Of a DNA stretch of 64,000 bases, positions 37,657 through 47,680 are shown piece after piece. Source of the stretch: Dehalococcoidia bacterium (GTDB taxonomy: Bacteria; Chloroflexota; Dehalococcoidia; SM23-28-2; RBG-16-64-32); contig CAXXTF010000002.1 in assembly GCA_963665775.2 (NCBI GenBank), positions 480,001-544,000 on the forward strand, given 5' to 3'. Below the pieces are notes generated by a model, which saw nothing but the letters and a program-made list of their open reading frames with translations, was not told where the DNA came from and did not search any database. The stretch's first letter is position 1, and each line of letters opens with the position of its first letter. Position numbers and translations under genes: made by a program.

Positions 37657-38292
37657 ATGCGCTTCAGCTTGCCTATTCTGGTTCTGGTCACCGCATTGCT
37701 GGTGTCCGCCTTCGCCGTGGGCGGCGGCAGTGACACCGTATCCGCCCAGGAGCACGAGGTCGTCCTCACGTTCGAGGCGGTCGGCGATTCCGGCATCTCC
37801 GGTACCGCCACCCTGACCGCCGCCGGCGACGACGTCCAGGTGGTCCTCGCGGTCACCGGCCTCGCAGACGACAAGACGTACCTTTCCGCTGCTTATAACA
37901 GCTCCTCGGTCGTCTGCTTCGGCGGGCTCCTTGGCGGGGGCTTCTCGGCTACCTTCGCGGCAGCCGACGGCGGCATCACCTACACTGTGGCGGGCACCGC
38001 CCTCTCCGACATATTCTCCGTGTCCGTCCGTGACGTAACAGAAACCGGCTCCCCGCCGGGCACTGTCGTAGCCTGTGCCGAGCAGACCGTCGCTACTCCG
38101 ACGCCTGCCGCTACGGCCGCTCCGACGCCTGCCGCTACGGCCACTCCCGGCGATGTGCCCCCCACGGGTGGCCCGCCCACAGCGCTCGGCGATGGTACGT
38201 CGGCCTGGTGGCAGTACCTCCTCATCGCCGGTGGCGCCCTCGCCCTCCTCGGCGGTGGCACCCTGGCCGTCAGGGGACGGCGAGTACAGTAG
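37657..38292 (+). CDS. Secreted protein with LPxTG-like (VPPTG) sorting signal
   Basis: Signal peptide, SGISGTATL...GL...VVAC core, PAAT linker, VPPTGG, TM helix, RGRR; SD AAGGAGG. Confidence 0.8.
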   Translation: MRFSLPILVLVTALLVSAFAVGGGSDTVSAQEHEVVLTFEAVGDSGISGTATLTAAGDDVQVVLAVTGLADDKTYLSAAYNSSSVVCFGGLLGGGFSATFAAADGGITYTVAGTALSDIFSVSVRDVTETGSPPGTVVACAEQTVATPTPAATAAPTPAATATPGDVPPTGGPPTALGDGTSAWWQYLLIAGGALALLGGGTLAVRGRRVQ

Positions 38293-38297
38293 CCTTT

Positions 38298-38330
38298 AGG
38301 GAGGGGATGGCTTTGAAGCTGTCCCCTCCC
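38298..38330 (+). terminator. GC-rich hairpin after the sorted-protein gene
   Basis: GGGAGGGGATGGC-TTTGAA-GCTGTCCCCTCCC; no U-tract. Confidence 0.55.
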
Positions 38331-38571
38331 GACGTTCCAACCTAGTCGGTTATCGCCGCCGGAGCAGACCGATAGACCGGCAGCGAAGGCATTCAGGCCC
38401 CAGCCGGGGCCGTGCCGCTAAACCGCATCGATCTATTGCGATCCGGCGCGCTGCCCTCTTCCCTCCTGCTGCCACCATGCTCTAGAATGGCCTCGTGGCA
38501 GCCACGACGAGTTCAGCCGCCTGTCCAAGGCCATCAACGCACCCGGTTCAGCCTTACCTCTCCCTGCACCG

Positions 38572-39861
38572 ATGATCGAACGTTATACCCGCCCCCAAAT
38601 GGGCGGCGTCTGGTCCGAGGAGAACAAGCTGGATCGCTGGCTCCAGGTAGAGATCGCCGTCTGCGAGGCCTGGACCGCCCGCGGCGTCATCCCCCGGGAG
38701 GCGATGGAGGGCATTCGCGGCGCCCGCTACGACCGTGACGACATCGCCCGCTATCTGCCGGAGATGCATCACGATATGACCGTCTTCCTCCGCTCCCTCG
38801 CCGACTCTCTCGGCCCCGAGTCCCGCTTCGTTCACCTGGGCCTCACCTCCCAGGACGTTATAGACACAGCCCTCGCCCTCCAGCTCGTGGAGGCCACCGA
38901 GCTGCTGGAGCAGGACATCCGCGCCCTCATGGACGCCGTCCGCGAAAAGGCGTTGGAGTACAAGGAGACCATCTGCATCGGCCGCACCCACGGTGTCCAG
39001 GCCGAGCCCACCTCCTTCGGCCTCAAGCTGGCCGGCTGGTGGGACGAACTGCGTCGCCAGACGCACCGCCTTACCCAGGCCAAGGAGACGGTCTCGGTAG
39101 GCAAGATCAGCGGCACCGTGGGTACTCACGCCACTGTCCCACCCGATATCGAGGATGAGGTCTGCGGTCGCCTGGGCCTCACGGTGGAGCCGATCTCTAC
39201 CCAGATAGTCCACCGCGACCGCCACGCCCATTACGTCTCGACGCTGGCCCTCATCGCCGCCAGCCTGGAGAAGTTCGCCACCGAGGTCCGCCACCTCCAG
39301 CGCACCGAGGTTCTGGAGGCGGAGGAGCCCTTCGCCGAGGGGCAGACCGGTTCCTCCGCTATGCCCCACAAGCGCAACCCGGAGAAGTGCGAGCGCATCT
39401 GCGGCCTGGCCCGTCTCTTCCGCGGTTACAGCGTCACCGCCCTGGAGGATGTCGCCCTCTGGCACGAGCGGGACATCTCCCACTCGTCGGCGGAGCGGAT
39501 CATCCTGCCGGACGCCTGCATCCTCCTGGACTACATGCTGGACATGTTCGCGGGCATCATCCGGGGCCTTCGGGTCTACCCGGAGAACATGAGGCGCAAC
39601 CTGGAGCTCACCCAGGGCGTCATCTTCTCCCAGCGCGTACTCCTGGCCCTCATCGATAAGGGTATGAGCAGGCAGGAGGCGTATAAGCTCGTGCAGGACG
39701 GCGCCATGCGCGCCTGGCAGGGGCGCACACCCTTCCTGGACCTCCTGCTCGACGACTCCCAGGTGACGGCCCGCCTCTCCCGCGACGAGCTGGCATCCCT
39801 TTTCGACTACGGTTTCTACCTGAAGCACGTGGACGAGAGCTTCCGGAGGGTGGGGCTGTAG
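38572..39861 (+). CDS. purB: Adenylosuccinate lyase
   Basis: MIERY, HLGLTSQD, GRTHGV.AEP, GSSAMPHKRNP, HERDISHSSAER. Confidence 0.98.
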   Translation: MIERYTRPQMGGVWSEENKLDRWLQVEIAVCEAWTARGVIPREAMEGIRGARYDRDDIARYLPEMHHDMTVFLRSLADSLGPESRFVHLGLTSQDVIDTALALQLVEATELLEQDIRALMDAVREKALEYKETICIGRTHGVQAEPTSFGLKLAGWWDELRRQTHRLTQAKETVSVGKISGTVGTHATVPPDIEDEVCGRLGLTVEPISTQIVHRDRHAHYVSTLALIAASLEKFATEVRHLQRTEVLEAEEPFAEGQTGSSAMPHKRNPEKCERICGLARLFRGYSVTALEDVALWHERDISHSSAERIILPDACILLDYMLDMFAGIIRGLRVYPENMRRNLELTQGVIFSQRVLLALIDKGMSRQEAYKLVQDGAMRAWQGRTPFLDLLLDDSQVTARLSRDELASLFDYGFYLKHVDESFRRVGL

Positions 39862-39881
39862 CTGCTACCAAGGAGCAAACC

Positions 39882-40109
39882 ATGTCAATCGCAAAATGTG
39901 AAGGGTGCGGTCACCCACAGGGGAGTAAGCGGAATTATGTGCAAGCCGTTAGGCCCATCGGCTATCCGGATTCTGCGGCCTTATGCAACTCAAGTGGCTG
40001 CTTCAAGCCAGCCATGATATGGCTGGACGAGGCCGAAGAACGGGAATATAGCGCCGGAGAGCGCATCTTTATGCCTATCACAGGCGCAATCAAGATCCGT
40101 GTACTATGA
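39882..40109 (+). CDS. Small four-Cys hypothetical protein
   Basis: SD AAGGAG; CEGC...PIGYP..A.LC...GC..P..IWL; stop overlaps the purC ATG (ATGA). Confidence 0.75.
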   Translation: MSIAKCEGCGHPQGSKRNYVQAVRPIGYPDSAALCNSSGCFKPAMIWLDEAEEREYSAGERIFMPITGAIKIRVL

Positions 40110-41005
40110 CCTCCCCCATCCTGACCGAGACCACCCTCGACCTGCCCCTCCTTGCCCGCGGCAAGGTGCGCGACATCTACGACCTGGGGGACAAGCTCCT
40201 CATCGTCGCCACCGACCGCATCTCCGCCTTCGACGTCATCCTGCCCAACGGCATCCCAGACAAGGGCCGCGTCCTCACCCAGCTCTCCGCCTTCTGGTTC
40301 GAGCTTACCGGCGAGGTCGTCCCCAACCACTTCCTCCGCCTGGTGGACGGCACCCACGTCGAGGGCGTGCCGCTGGAGCTCCCGCCTGAGTTCATCGGCC
40401 GCGCCATGCTCGTCCGCAAAGCCAAACGGATCGACGTCGAGTGTGTGGTGCGTGGCTACCTCGCCGGCACCGGCTGGAGCGAGTATCAGGAGAAGGGATC
40501 GATCTGCGGCGTGAAGTTGACGCCGGGCTTCGTGGAGAGTCAGGAGCTGTTCGAGCCGATCTTTACGCCTACCAGCAAGGCCGAATCCGGCCACGACCTA
40601 CCCCTCACCTTCGAGGCGGTCGTGGCGCAGGTGGGCGAGCAGGCGGCCAACGTCGCCGCCCTGCGCAGCCTCGCCGTTTACCGTTTCGGCCGCGAATTCG
40701 CCCGCGAGCGGGGCATCATCATCGCCGATACCAAGTTCGAGTTCGGCTGGCTGGACGACGAGGTCACCCTCATCGACGAGTGCCTCACGCCAGACTCCAG
40801 CCGCTTCTGGCCCGCCGATCTGTACCGGCAGGGTGGCCCCCAGCCCAGCTTCGACAAGCAGTTCGTGCGCGACTACCTGACGGAGATCGGCTGGAATCGC
40901 GAGCCGCCGGCGCCGGAGCTTCCTGCCGATATCGTGGAGAACACCGCCGAGAAGTACCGCGAGGCGTTCCGGCGCCTTAGCGGGCGTGAGCTTGTCCGGC
41001 CGTAG
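40106..41005 (+). CDS. purC: SAICAR synthetase
   Basis: [51 protein letters not shown]. Confidence 0.98.
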   Translation: MTSPILTETTLDLPLLARGKVRDIYDLGDKLLIVATDRISAFDVILPNGIPDKGRVLTQLSAFWFELTGEVVPNHFLRLVDGTHVEGVPLELPPEFIGRAMLVRKAKRIDVECVVRGYLAGTGWSEYQEKGSICGVKLTPGFVESQELFEPIFTPTSKAESGHDLPLTFEAVVAQVGEQAANVAALRSLAVYRFGREFARERGIIIADTKFEFGWLDDEVTLIDECLTPDSSRFWPADLYRQGGPQPSFDKQFVRDYLTEIGWNREPPAPELPADIVENTAEKYREAFRRLSGRELVRP

Positions 41006-41044
41006 GGGCGTGCGGCGGTCTGGCGCGCGGGTCAGCGACAGGGC

Positions 41045-41464
41045 ATGGATGGGGTGAGCACCCTGCGCGCGACCGACCCTCAGGCCCTCGCCCAGGCTGT
41101 CCGCGAGTTCAACGCCTGGCGCTTCTACGATTGCCACGAGACCCTGGAGGATGTCTGGCGCGAGCAAGCTCGGGATATCGCTGACTTTTATCAGGGGCTA
41201 ATCAAGGTCGCCGCCGGCTTTCACCACCTGCTCAGGGGGAACCACAAGGGGGCCGTCAGCCTCTTCTCCGGCGGCATCGACCTCCTGCAACCGTTTCGGC
41301 CGGCATGCCTCGGCGTCGATATCGGGCGTCTAGTCGATGACGCGCGCCTCTGCTTCGATCTCATGCTTGAGCTCGGCCCCGAGCGCCTCTCTCAGTTCGA
41401 TCGCGCGCTCATCCCCCATATCCACTTCGACGCTGAGATGACGATGAAGGAGCCGCTGCTATGA
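41045..41464 (+). CDS. DUF309 family protein
   Basis: FN...FY.CHE.LE.VW, FYQGLI..A...HH...GN.KGA. Confidence 0.9.
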   Translation: MDGVSTLRATDPQALAQAVREFNAWRFYDCHETLEDVWREQARDIADFYQGLIKVAAGFHHLLRGNHKGAVSLFSGGIDLLQPFRPACLGVDIGRLVDDARLCFDLMLELGPERLSQFDRALIPHIHFDAEMTMKEPLL

Positions 41465-41901
41465 CTCCCCAGCCGGTCCTCAAGGTGAAGCGGCTGCATC
41501 CTGGGGCCCGCCTGCCACAGCGGGCCACCCCCGGCTCTACCGGCTACGACCTGTACGCCTGCCTTGAGGGGCAGGAGCTGGAGATCGGTCAGACGCCCGT
41601 ACGGGTGCCCACCGGCATCGCCATCGAGGCGCCGCCGGGGCTGGACATTCAGGTGCGTCCACGCTCGGGCCTCTCGGCGCACGGGGTCATAGTCACCTTC
41701 GGCACCATCGACAGCGACTACCGGGGCGAGCTGCTGGTCAATATGTACGTCCTGCCTCACCGCGACCACCACATCGTTCGTCACGGAGACCGCGTCGCCC
41801 AGCTTGTCGTCACTATGTTGGCCAATGTCCGGGTAGAGGAGGCGACCGAGCTGAGCGCCTCGATGCGAGACACCGGCGGCCACGGCTCGACGGGCAGCTA
41901 G
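41461..41901 (+). CDS. dut: dUTP diphosphatase
   Basis: GYDL, RPRSGLS, GTIDSDYRGE, GDRVAQL, R..GG.GSTG. Confidence 0.96.
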   Translation: MTPQPVLKVKRLHPGARLPQRATPGSTGYDLYACLEGQELEIGQTPVRVPTGIAIEAPPGLDIQVRPRSGLSAHGVIVTFGTIDSDYRGELLVNMYVLPHRDHHIVRHGDRVAQLVVTMLANVRVEEATELSASMRDTGGHGSTGS

Positions 41902-41911
41902 CCCACCCGGA

Positions 41912-43540
41912 TCAGGCGCTATTCGGACCGGGAAGGGAGAGCGGAGATAGACGTCGCAGGGCAGCGATCACGCCGCGCGCCTGCGCCGCCAGGGGCCGCC
42001 TCGTGTCCACCACGACGTGTCGCTCCGGAGGCACCTCGGATGGGCGCTGGAAGGTCCGCTTCTGGGCCGCGTATGTCTCCCAGCGGGCGTCTGACGGGTC
42101 GCCGCCCTCTCGCAATCGACGGGCCAGCCGTCGCCGCACCGCGGAGTCGCTGACCTCGAGCTCCAGGCAGACGAACTGAGCGCCCAGCTCCCCAGCCAGC
42201 CGCCGGGCCGAGCGACGATATTGCCGTCGAATGAAGGAGGCGTCGAGGATGACCGAGCGGCCCTCGGCCAGGGCCTGACGGGCGCTCTCCAGGATCGCCG
42301 CGTAGGTGCGATCCGTGAACTCCGGCGAGTAGATGCCGCCGCGGAACGGCTCGAAGCGGTGCTCGGACTCTTCCAGGCCGGCCAGGGCTTTACGCACCCT
42401 ATCCGAAGAGATTACCTCGAAGCCTGCCATTTCGCTAAGCTGGCGGGCCAGGGTAGACTTGCCGCTGGCTGTGGCGCCGCAGGTGATGATGAGCAACGGC
42501 GGCGGGAGCGAGGCCGTGTAGCCGCAGGCCAGCTCGAAATAGCGTCGGGTGGCCTCACGCGCCGCCCGCCGCTCGGAGGCCGCGACCCCCGGCTGGCTCA
42601 GGCGGAAGCCCTCCACCTTGCCGCGCACGCAGGCGCGATAGCACTTGTAGAAGTCGATAACGTCGCGCAGCCCATCATCGCCGGAAACCTCGACATACCG
42701 GTCGACGAAGGCCTGGGCCAGATCCGGGCGGCCTCGGTAGTCCAGGTCCATCGCCAGGAAGCCCACGTCTCCCGCCACGTCCGTGTAGCGAAACCGACGG
42801 TTGAACTCGATGCAATCGAAGAGGCAGAGGCCGTCCACGAAGCAGATGGCGTCGGAGCGCAGGTCGCCGTGGCAGTCACGGATGCGAAGCTGATCGACGC
42901 GACCCTTGAGGAGAGCGCGGCCTCGCGCGAAGAAGGCCTCGCCGTAGGCGCGCAGGATGCGGTCCTGCTCCTCCCTAATCGTCTGGCCGATGTCGGCAGC
43001 CCACTGGCGGAGGTTCTCGCCCCAGGCATAGCGGATGGCCCACTCCCCGTACCGGGCGATGCGAGGGTTGCTTTCCGCATCCCGGTGGAAGGCGGCCAGA
43101 CGGTCGGCGACCCGCTGCACCATCGCTGTGGTGACTCTCCCTTGGGCCAGCAAGTGGTCCATCATCCGTTCAGCGGGGAGGCGGCGCATGTGCACGGCGT
43201 ACTCGACGACCCGGCCCGGTCCGTCAATCGAGACAGCGTCGCCGCCCCTTCGGCTGGACTCAGGGCGGGTTCGCCGGATGCGGCTAACGCCCAGGTACGT
43301 ATCGGGGCAGAGGCGGGAGTTGAGGATGATCTCCTGCCGGCAGTAGTAGCGGCGCTTGGCCAGAGTGGAGAAATCGAGAAAGCCGAAGTCGAGAGGCTTC
43401 TTAATCTTGTAGACGTGGTCGCCGGCCAGGAGGACGTAGGAGATGTGGGTCTGTAGCAGCTGCACACGCTCGACAGGGTGGGGGTAAGCGGAGGGGCGGA
43501 GAAGGGCGCGGATGAGAGGCGGTAGCTCAGCTTTCGGCAT
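41912..43540 (-). CDS. Bifunctional aminoglycoside-phosphotransferase-like / AAA_33 kinase protein
   Basis: QTHISYV, KIKKP.DFGFLDFS, RDCHGDL, DCIEFN, P-loop GATASGKST, SSD.VRK. Confidence 0.93.
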   Translation of the reverse strand: MPKAELPPLIRALLRPSAYPHPVERVQLLQTHISYVLLAGDHVYKIKKPLDFGFLDFSTLAKRRYYCRQEIILNSRLCPDTYLGVSRIRRTRPESSRRGGDAVSIDGPGRVVEYAVHMRRLPAERMMDHLLAQGRVTTAMVQRVADRLAAFHRDAESNPRIARYGEWAIRYAWGENLRQWAADIGQTIREEQDRILRAYGEAFFARGRALLKGRVDQLRIRDCHGDLRSDAICFVDGLCLFDCIEFNRRFRYTDVAGDVGFLAMDLDYRGRPDLAQAFVDRYVEVSGDDGLRDVIDFYKCYRACVRGKVEGFRLSQPGVAASERRAAREATRRYFELACGYTASLPPPLLIITCGATASGKSTLARQLSEMAGFEVISSDRVRKALAGLEESEHRFEPFRGGIYSPEFTDRTYAAILESARQALAEGRSVILDASFIRRQYRRSARRLAGELGAQFVCLELEVSDSAVRRRLARRLREGGDPSDARWETYAAQKRTFQRPSEVPPERHVVVDTRRPLAAQARGVIAALRRLSPLSLPGPNSA

Positions 43541-43643
43541 GCCGGGGACAGTATATCAATGGGAGGGTTGAGGGCCTAGAAGTGGGGCCGGCCGGCGCCG
43601 CCGCCTTGTTTCCGAGCCTGAGCCGTGCAAAAATACATTCGGT

Positions 43644-44960
43644 ATGCAAGGTAGGCCAGCTTCTCAGATGCCCGAAGGGGCAGCCTTCCGCCGCCACTCG
43701 GCGGAGGCGGACGCCCGAGCGGGGGCGCGTCCCTATGCCGAGTACCAGGCCATCGACTTCAACTTACAGCCGTTTACGGTGGCCTGGGAGGTCACCCGCG
43801 CCTGCGCCCTGAAGTGCGTACACTGCCGGGCGGAGGCGATCCCCCGACGCGACCCCCTGGAGCTGACCACGGAGGAAGGCTTCCGGCTCATCGACGAGCT
43901 GAAGGAGATCGGCGGGCCCATTCTCGTCATCACCGGCGGCGACCCGATGATGCGGCGGGACGTGTACGACCTGATCTCGTACGGCGCCAAGGAGAAGGGG
44001 ATGCGGGTAGCCCTGTCGCCCAGCGCGACGGCGCTCGTCACTCGGAAGGCGCTGGCCAAGGCGAAGGAGTGTGGCCTGCTGCGAACCCATATCTCCGTGG
44101 ACGGGTCGAACGCGGCCATCCACGATGCGTTCCGGCAGAGTCCGGGGTCGTTCCGGCGGACGGTGGAGATCCTCGACACCCTGTCCGAGCTGGGGATGTC
44201 GATTCAGATCGGGACGACGGTGAGCCGCTTCAGCCTGCACGATCTGCCGGCGATCCAGGAGATGATATCGAAGTACAACGTGGTGATGTGGAACCTGTTC
44301 TTCCTGGTGCCGACCGGCCGCGGCACGGCCGAGGACATGATCAGCCCGGAGGAGCATGAGCAGGTGTTCCACTGGATGTACGACATCGCCAAGACGGCGT
44401 CCTTCGACGTGCGCTCTACAGCGGCGATGCACTACCGGCGGCTGGTTATCCAGCGGCGCCGTGCGGAGCAGGCTGCGGAAGCGCAAGGCGGTGGCGATGA
44501 CGGTGAGACAACGAAGCGGGAGGGCCCGGCGGGTCACCTCACGGGGGCGGGCTACAGCTTTCAGGATGGGCTGGGGCAGAGCGCCATGAAAGGGGTCAAC
44601 GACGGCAGCGGTTTCGCCTTCGTGGATCATCTGGGCAACGTCTGTCCTTCCGGCTTCCTCGGTCTCCCGGCGGGGAACCTGCGGGACCGATCGTTCACCG
44701 AGATCTACCGCGATTCGCCGCTGTTTCGGCAACTGCGGGACAGCTCCCTGCTCAAAGGCAAGTGCGGAGTGTGTGACTTCCGGGAGGTGTGCGGCGGCTC
44801 GCGGGCGCGGGCCTTCGCGGTGACCGGAGACTACATGGAAAGTGAGCCATACTGCCTGTACGTGTCGCCGGAGGCCAAAGAGAAGGGTCTAACCGCGCCG
44901 CCACCGGTGCCGCGGCAGCGGCCGGACTCGGACTACATACCGGTCGCAGCCCAAGGATAG
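43644..44960 (+). CDS. Radical SAM/SPASM protein, AhbD-like (TIGR04053-type)
   Basis: WEVTRACALKCVHCRA, TGGDP, FFLVPTGRG, GVNDG.GF.FV, GKCG.C.F..VCGGSRARA; adjacent to ahbAB. Confidence 0.88.
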   Translation: MQGRPASQMPEGAAFRRHSAEADARAGARPYAEYQAIDFNLQPFTVAWEVTRACALKCVHCRAEAIPRRDPLELTTEEGFRLIDELKEIGGPILVITGGDPMMRRDVYDLISYGAKEKGMRVALSPSATALVTRKALAKAKECGLLRTHISVDGSNAAIHDAFRQSPGSFRRTVEILDTLSELGMSIQIGTTVSRFSLHDLPAIQEMISKYNVVMWNLFFLVPTGRGTAEDMISPEEHEQVFHWMYDIAKTASFDVRSTAAMHYRRLVIQRRRAEQAAEAQGGGDDGETTKREGPAGHLTGAGYSFQDGLGQSAMKGVNDGSGFAFVDHLGNVCPSGFLGLPAGNLRDRSFTEIYRDSPLFRQLRDSSLLKGKCGVCDFREVCGGSRARAFAVTGDYMESEPYCLYVSPEAKEKGLTAPPPVPRQRPDSDYIPVAAQG

Positions 44961-44967
44961 CTGCCCC

Positions 44968-45426
44968 ATGGCTATCGCTCTCGACCGCACTGATAAGCAT
45001 CTCATCAACCGGCTGCAGAGAGGGTTTCCGCTGTCGTCGCGGCCCTACCGGGAGGTCGCGGACGTGCTCGGCGTAGAGGAGCGGGAGGTTATCGATCGGC
45101 TGCGGCGACTTCTGGATGAGGGGGCCCTGACCCGTCTGGGAGCGATCGTGAGCGCGGCTGACGTAGGTGGCCAGCGAACTCTGGCCGCCGTGGCAGCCCC
45201 GCCCGAGCGGCTGGAGAGCGTCATTGAGGCGATCAACCGACACCCCGACGTCTCGCACAACTATGAGCGCACCCATCCTTATAACGTCTGGTTCGTGATC
45301 TCCTCGGAGGACGCGGAGGCCATCGAGCGCGTCATCGCAGAGGTCGAGCGAGACACGGGACTGACCGTGATCAACCTGCCTTCTCTGGAGGAGTACCGGG
45401 TGGAGTTCTACTACGAGTTGACATGA
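44968..45426 (+). CDS. ahbA: Siroheme decarboxylase subunit alpha
   Basis: LD..D..LI..LQ.GFPL..RPY, TLAA, VSHNYER.H.YNVWF. Confidence 0.88.
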   Translation: MAIALDRTDKHLINRLQRGFPLSSRPYREVADVLGVEEREVIDRLRRLLDEGALTRLGAIVSAADVGGQRTLAAVAAPPERLESVIEAINRHPDVSHNYERTHPYNVWFVISSEDAEAIERVIAEVERDTGLTVINLPSLEEYRVEFYYELT

Positions 45427-45962
45427 CCGAAGCGCGAGAGAGGATACGGGACACCAGACAGGGACTCTCCGACGAGGAGCGATCCCTCCTGCTCATCGTG
45501 CAGGACGGGATACCGCTCGTACCGGAGCCATACGCCGAGATTGCGGCTCGCCTGGGTCGCAGCGAGGGGCAGGTGCTCGCCACCCTGCACTCGCTCCTGG
45601 AGCGAGGGGTGATAAAAAGGCTGGCGGCTGTGCCTAACCACTACGCCCTGGGTGTGACGGCCAACGGAATGTCCGTCTGGGATGTGCCGGATGATACGGT
45701 GAGCGAGATGGGCCAGCGGCTGGCGGAGAGGTCGGAGGTGACCCACTGCTATCGCCGTCCCCGGCAGCCGGGCTGGCCGTATAACCTGTTTGGCATGGTC
45801 CATGGAACCTCGCGGGAAGAGGTGCTCTCCAAGATCGACAGCATTTCGCAGGAGATGGGGTTGGAAGGGTTCCCACACGACGTTCTGTTCAGCACTCGCC
45901 TCCTCAAAAAGCAAGGCATGCGGGTACGCGAGAGGGCGAAGTCGGCAGCCGTTGAAGAGTAG
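45423..45962 (+). CDS. ahbB: Siroheme decarboxylase subunit beta
   Basis: Q..IPL..EPY, NHY.LG..ANGM.VW, VTHCY.R.....WPYNLF.MVH, LFS...LKK. Confidence 0.9.
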   Translation: MTEARERIRDTRQGLSDEERSLLLIVQDGIPLVPEPYAEIAARLGRSEGQVLATLHSLLERGVIKRLAAVPNHYALGVTANGMSVWDVPDDTVSEMGQRLAERSEVTHCYRRPRQPGWPYNLFGMVHGTSREEVLSKIDSISQEMGLEGFPHDVLFSTRLLKKQGMRVRERAKSAAVEE

Positions 45963-46024
45963 TCCTGCCCCGCTGGAGGCGGTAGAGGCTGCGATACCCC
46001 TCTGCTAGACTAGATAGCGTAACG

Positions 46025-46432
46025 ATGGCACCGCGGCAATTTACCCTGGAAGAGGCCGAAAGCCTGCTGCAAAATCTGACTGACCTGATTCTGCGTATCC
46101 AAGAGCGGAAGCAGGAACATGAGCGCTTCCACATGAAGGGGTTGGAGCTGGAGCAGAAGATGGCTGGCAATGGCCACGTGGGGGAAGGGCCCCTGAAGGA
46201 GGCGCGGCAGGGAATGGCGAATGCGGTCGCCCAGGTGAATGCTCTGGTCCAGGAGGTGGAGGCGCTGGGCTGTGAACTGAAGGACATCGACCAGGGGCTG
46301 GTGGATTTCCGAAGCGTGATGGGGGAGGAAGAGGTCTACCTCTGTTGGAAGCTGGGAGAGCCGGGCATTGGCTGGTGGCACAGCCTGGAGACGGGCTTCG
46401 CCGCACGGCAGCCCCTCTCGGAGCGAAGATGA
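46025..46432 (+). CDS. DUF2203 family protein
   Basis: FT.EEA..LL, G..LKD...GLVDF, VYLCWK.GE..I.WWH....GFA.RQPL. Confidence 0.9.
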   Translation: MAPRQFTLEEAESLLQNLTDLILRIQERKQEHERFHMKGLELEQKMAGNGHVGEGPLKEARQGMANAVAQVNALVQEVEALGCELKDIDQGLVDFRSVMGEEEVYLCWKLGEPGIGWWHSLETGFAARQPLSERR

Positions 46433-46911
46433 CAGAAGAAGCGTCCAGCACAGCAACCGAAATGGAAGAGATCCTTCGGCGCCTCGATCAGGCCAAGCAG
46501 GAGCTACTCGATGCCCTAGAGGGCTGCGATCCGGAGCGGTTCGCTTGGGAAAACACCGACGGCGACTCCCTCAAACGAATCCTGGAGCGGACGGCTGACG
46601 ATATAAGCTTTCACTATGGACGGCTGATAGCACGGACGTTGTCGCAACCGCCGCCGCCATGTTCTCAGAAGGCGGACTTCGCGTCGCTGCGGGAGGCCAC
46701 CGTGTCCCTGCAGGTAGTACAGCGGCGCCTCTCCATCCTCCTGCACGACCTCTCCTCCGCCGATCTGGCCCGCAAGGCGACCGATGCTGAGCTCGGCGAC
46801 TACACCTTGCAGCAGGCGCTGGAGATGGCCGTGGCCCACTACAGGATGCGGGCCCCGCAGGTGCAGCGCATCGCAACCGACGCAGCTGAGGTGGCCAAGG
46901 GCAGACGGTGA
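46429..46911 (+). CDS. DinB-like helical protein
   Basis: ATGA overlap with DUF2203; four-helix pattern ending L.DL...DL....YTL...L....HY; degenerate metal ligands. Confidence 0.7.
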   Translation: MTEEASSTATEMEEILRRLDQAKQELLDALEGCDPERFAWENTDGDSLKRILERTADDISFHYGRLIARTLSQPPPPCSQKADFASLREATVSLQVVQRRLSILLHDLSSADLARKATDAELGDYTLQQALEMAVAHYRMRAPQVQRIATDAAEVAKGRR

Positions 46912-46939
46912 CCTCACGAGCGAGCCCCGCCGTCCGGCG

Positions 46940-47680
46940 ATGAACAGCGGCAAGCCGCCGGTGCGCATCGCCCACGCCTACGGCAACGATCGCGAGGAGC
47001 TGCGGCGGGCGCTGGCCGCTCCCATCGACATCATCGAGGCGGACATCTGGCTTCAGCCTGACAACGTCTGGATCCGGCATGAGCGCCGGCTGGGCCCGAT
47101 ACCCCTCCTGGCGGATAGACGGATGCCGGGCCATTTCGCTGGCGGCCTGGCCCTGCCGATCTGGCCAAGCTATTACGTTCGGCCCGATCTCAACCCGTTG
47201 AGCCTGGACGAGCTGCTGGACACGGCGATCGGCAAGCGCCGGCTCCTCCTCGACGCCAAGGGAGGGGACAGTGCGGCCAAGAATGATACCCTTCTCGCCA
47301 GGCTGGGCGAGCGGCTGTCCCAGCCCGGCGTCCGGGAGAACGTTGCGCTCTGTGGACAGAACTGGACCCTGCTGAGCCGCCTGCGAGAGCTGGCGCCGAA
47401 GCTGGAGGTTCGCTTCACCATCCAAACGCCACGGCAGTGGGAGACGTTCCGCGGCGCGCTCAGCGGCGCTTATGGGGTGCGGCAAGTATGTATGGAGCGT
47501 CTGCTGATGGGTGAGAATAGGATGAGCATCCTCGAAGAGGAAGGGATAGACGTCTACTGCTGGACGGTGGACGATTCAGCGGAGGCGACGCGGCTCTTGG
47601 CGGCAGGGGTAGACGGAATCATCAGCAACAACCTGGGGCTCCTGTCATCCCTCGAGCGCTCCCCCGCTGTCGACGGCTAG
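46940..47680 (+). CDS. Glycerophosphodiester phosphodiesterase family protein
   Basis: IAH.YGN, IEADI, RH, LLDAK, WTVD, GVDGIISN. Confidence 0.85.
   Translation: MNSGKPPVRIAHAYGNDREELRRALAAPIDIIEADIWLQPDNVWIRHERRLGPIPLLADRRMPGHFAGGLALPIWPSYYVRPDLNPLSLDELLDTAIGKRRLLLDAKGGDSAAKNDTLLARLGERLSQPGVRENVALCGQNWTLLSRLRELAPKLEVRFTIQTPRQWETFRGALSGAYGVRQVCMERLLMGENRMSILEEEGIDVYCWTVDDSAEATRLLAAGVDGIISNNLGLLSSLERSPAVDG

Noticed and set aside
38330-38571. Possible purine, ZTP or PRPP riboswitch before purB
   Set aside because: None of the conserved core sequences could be found.
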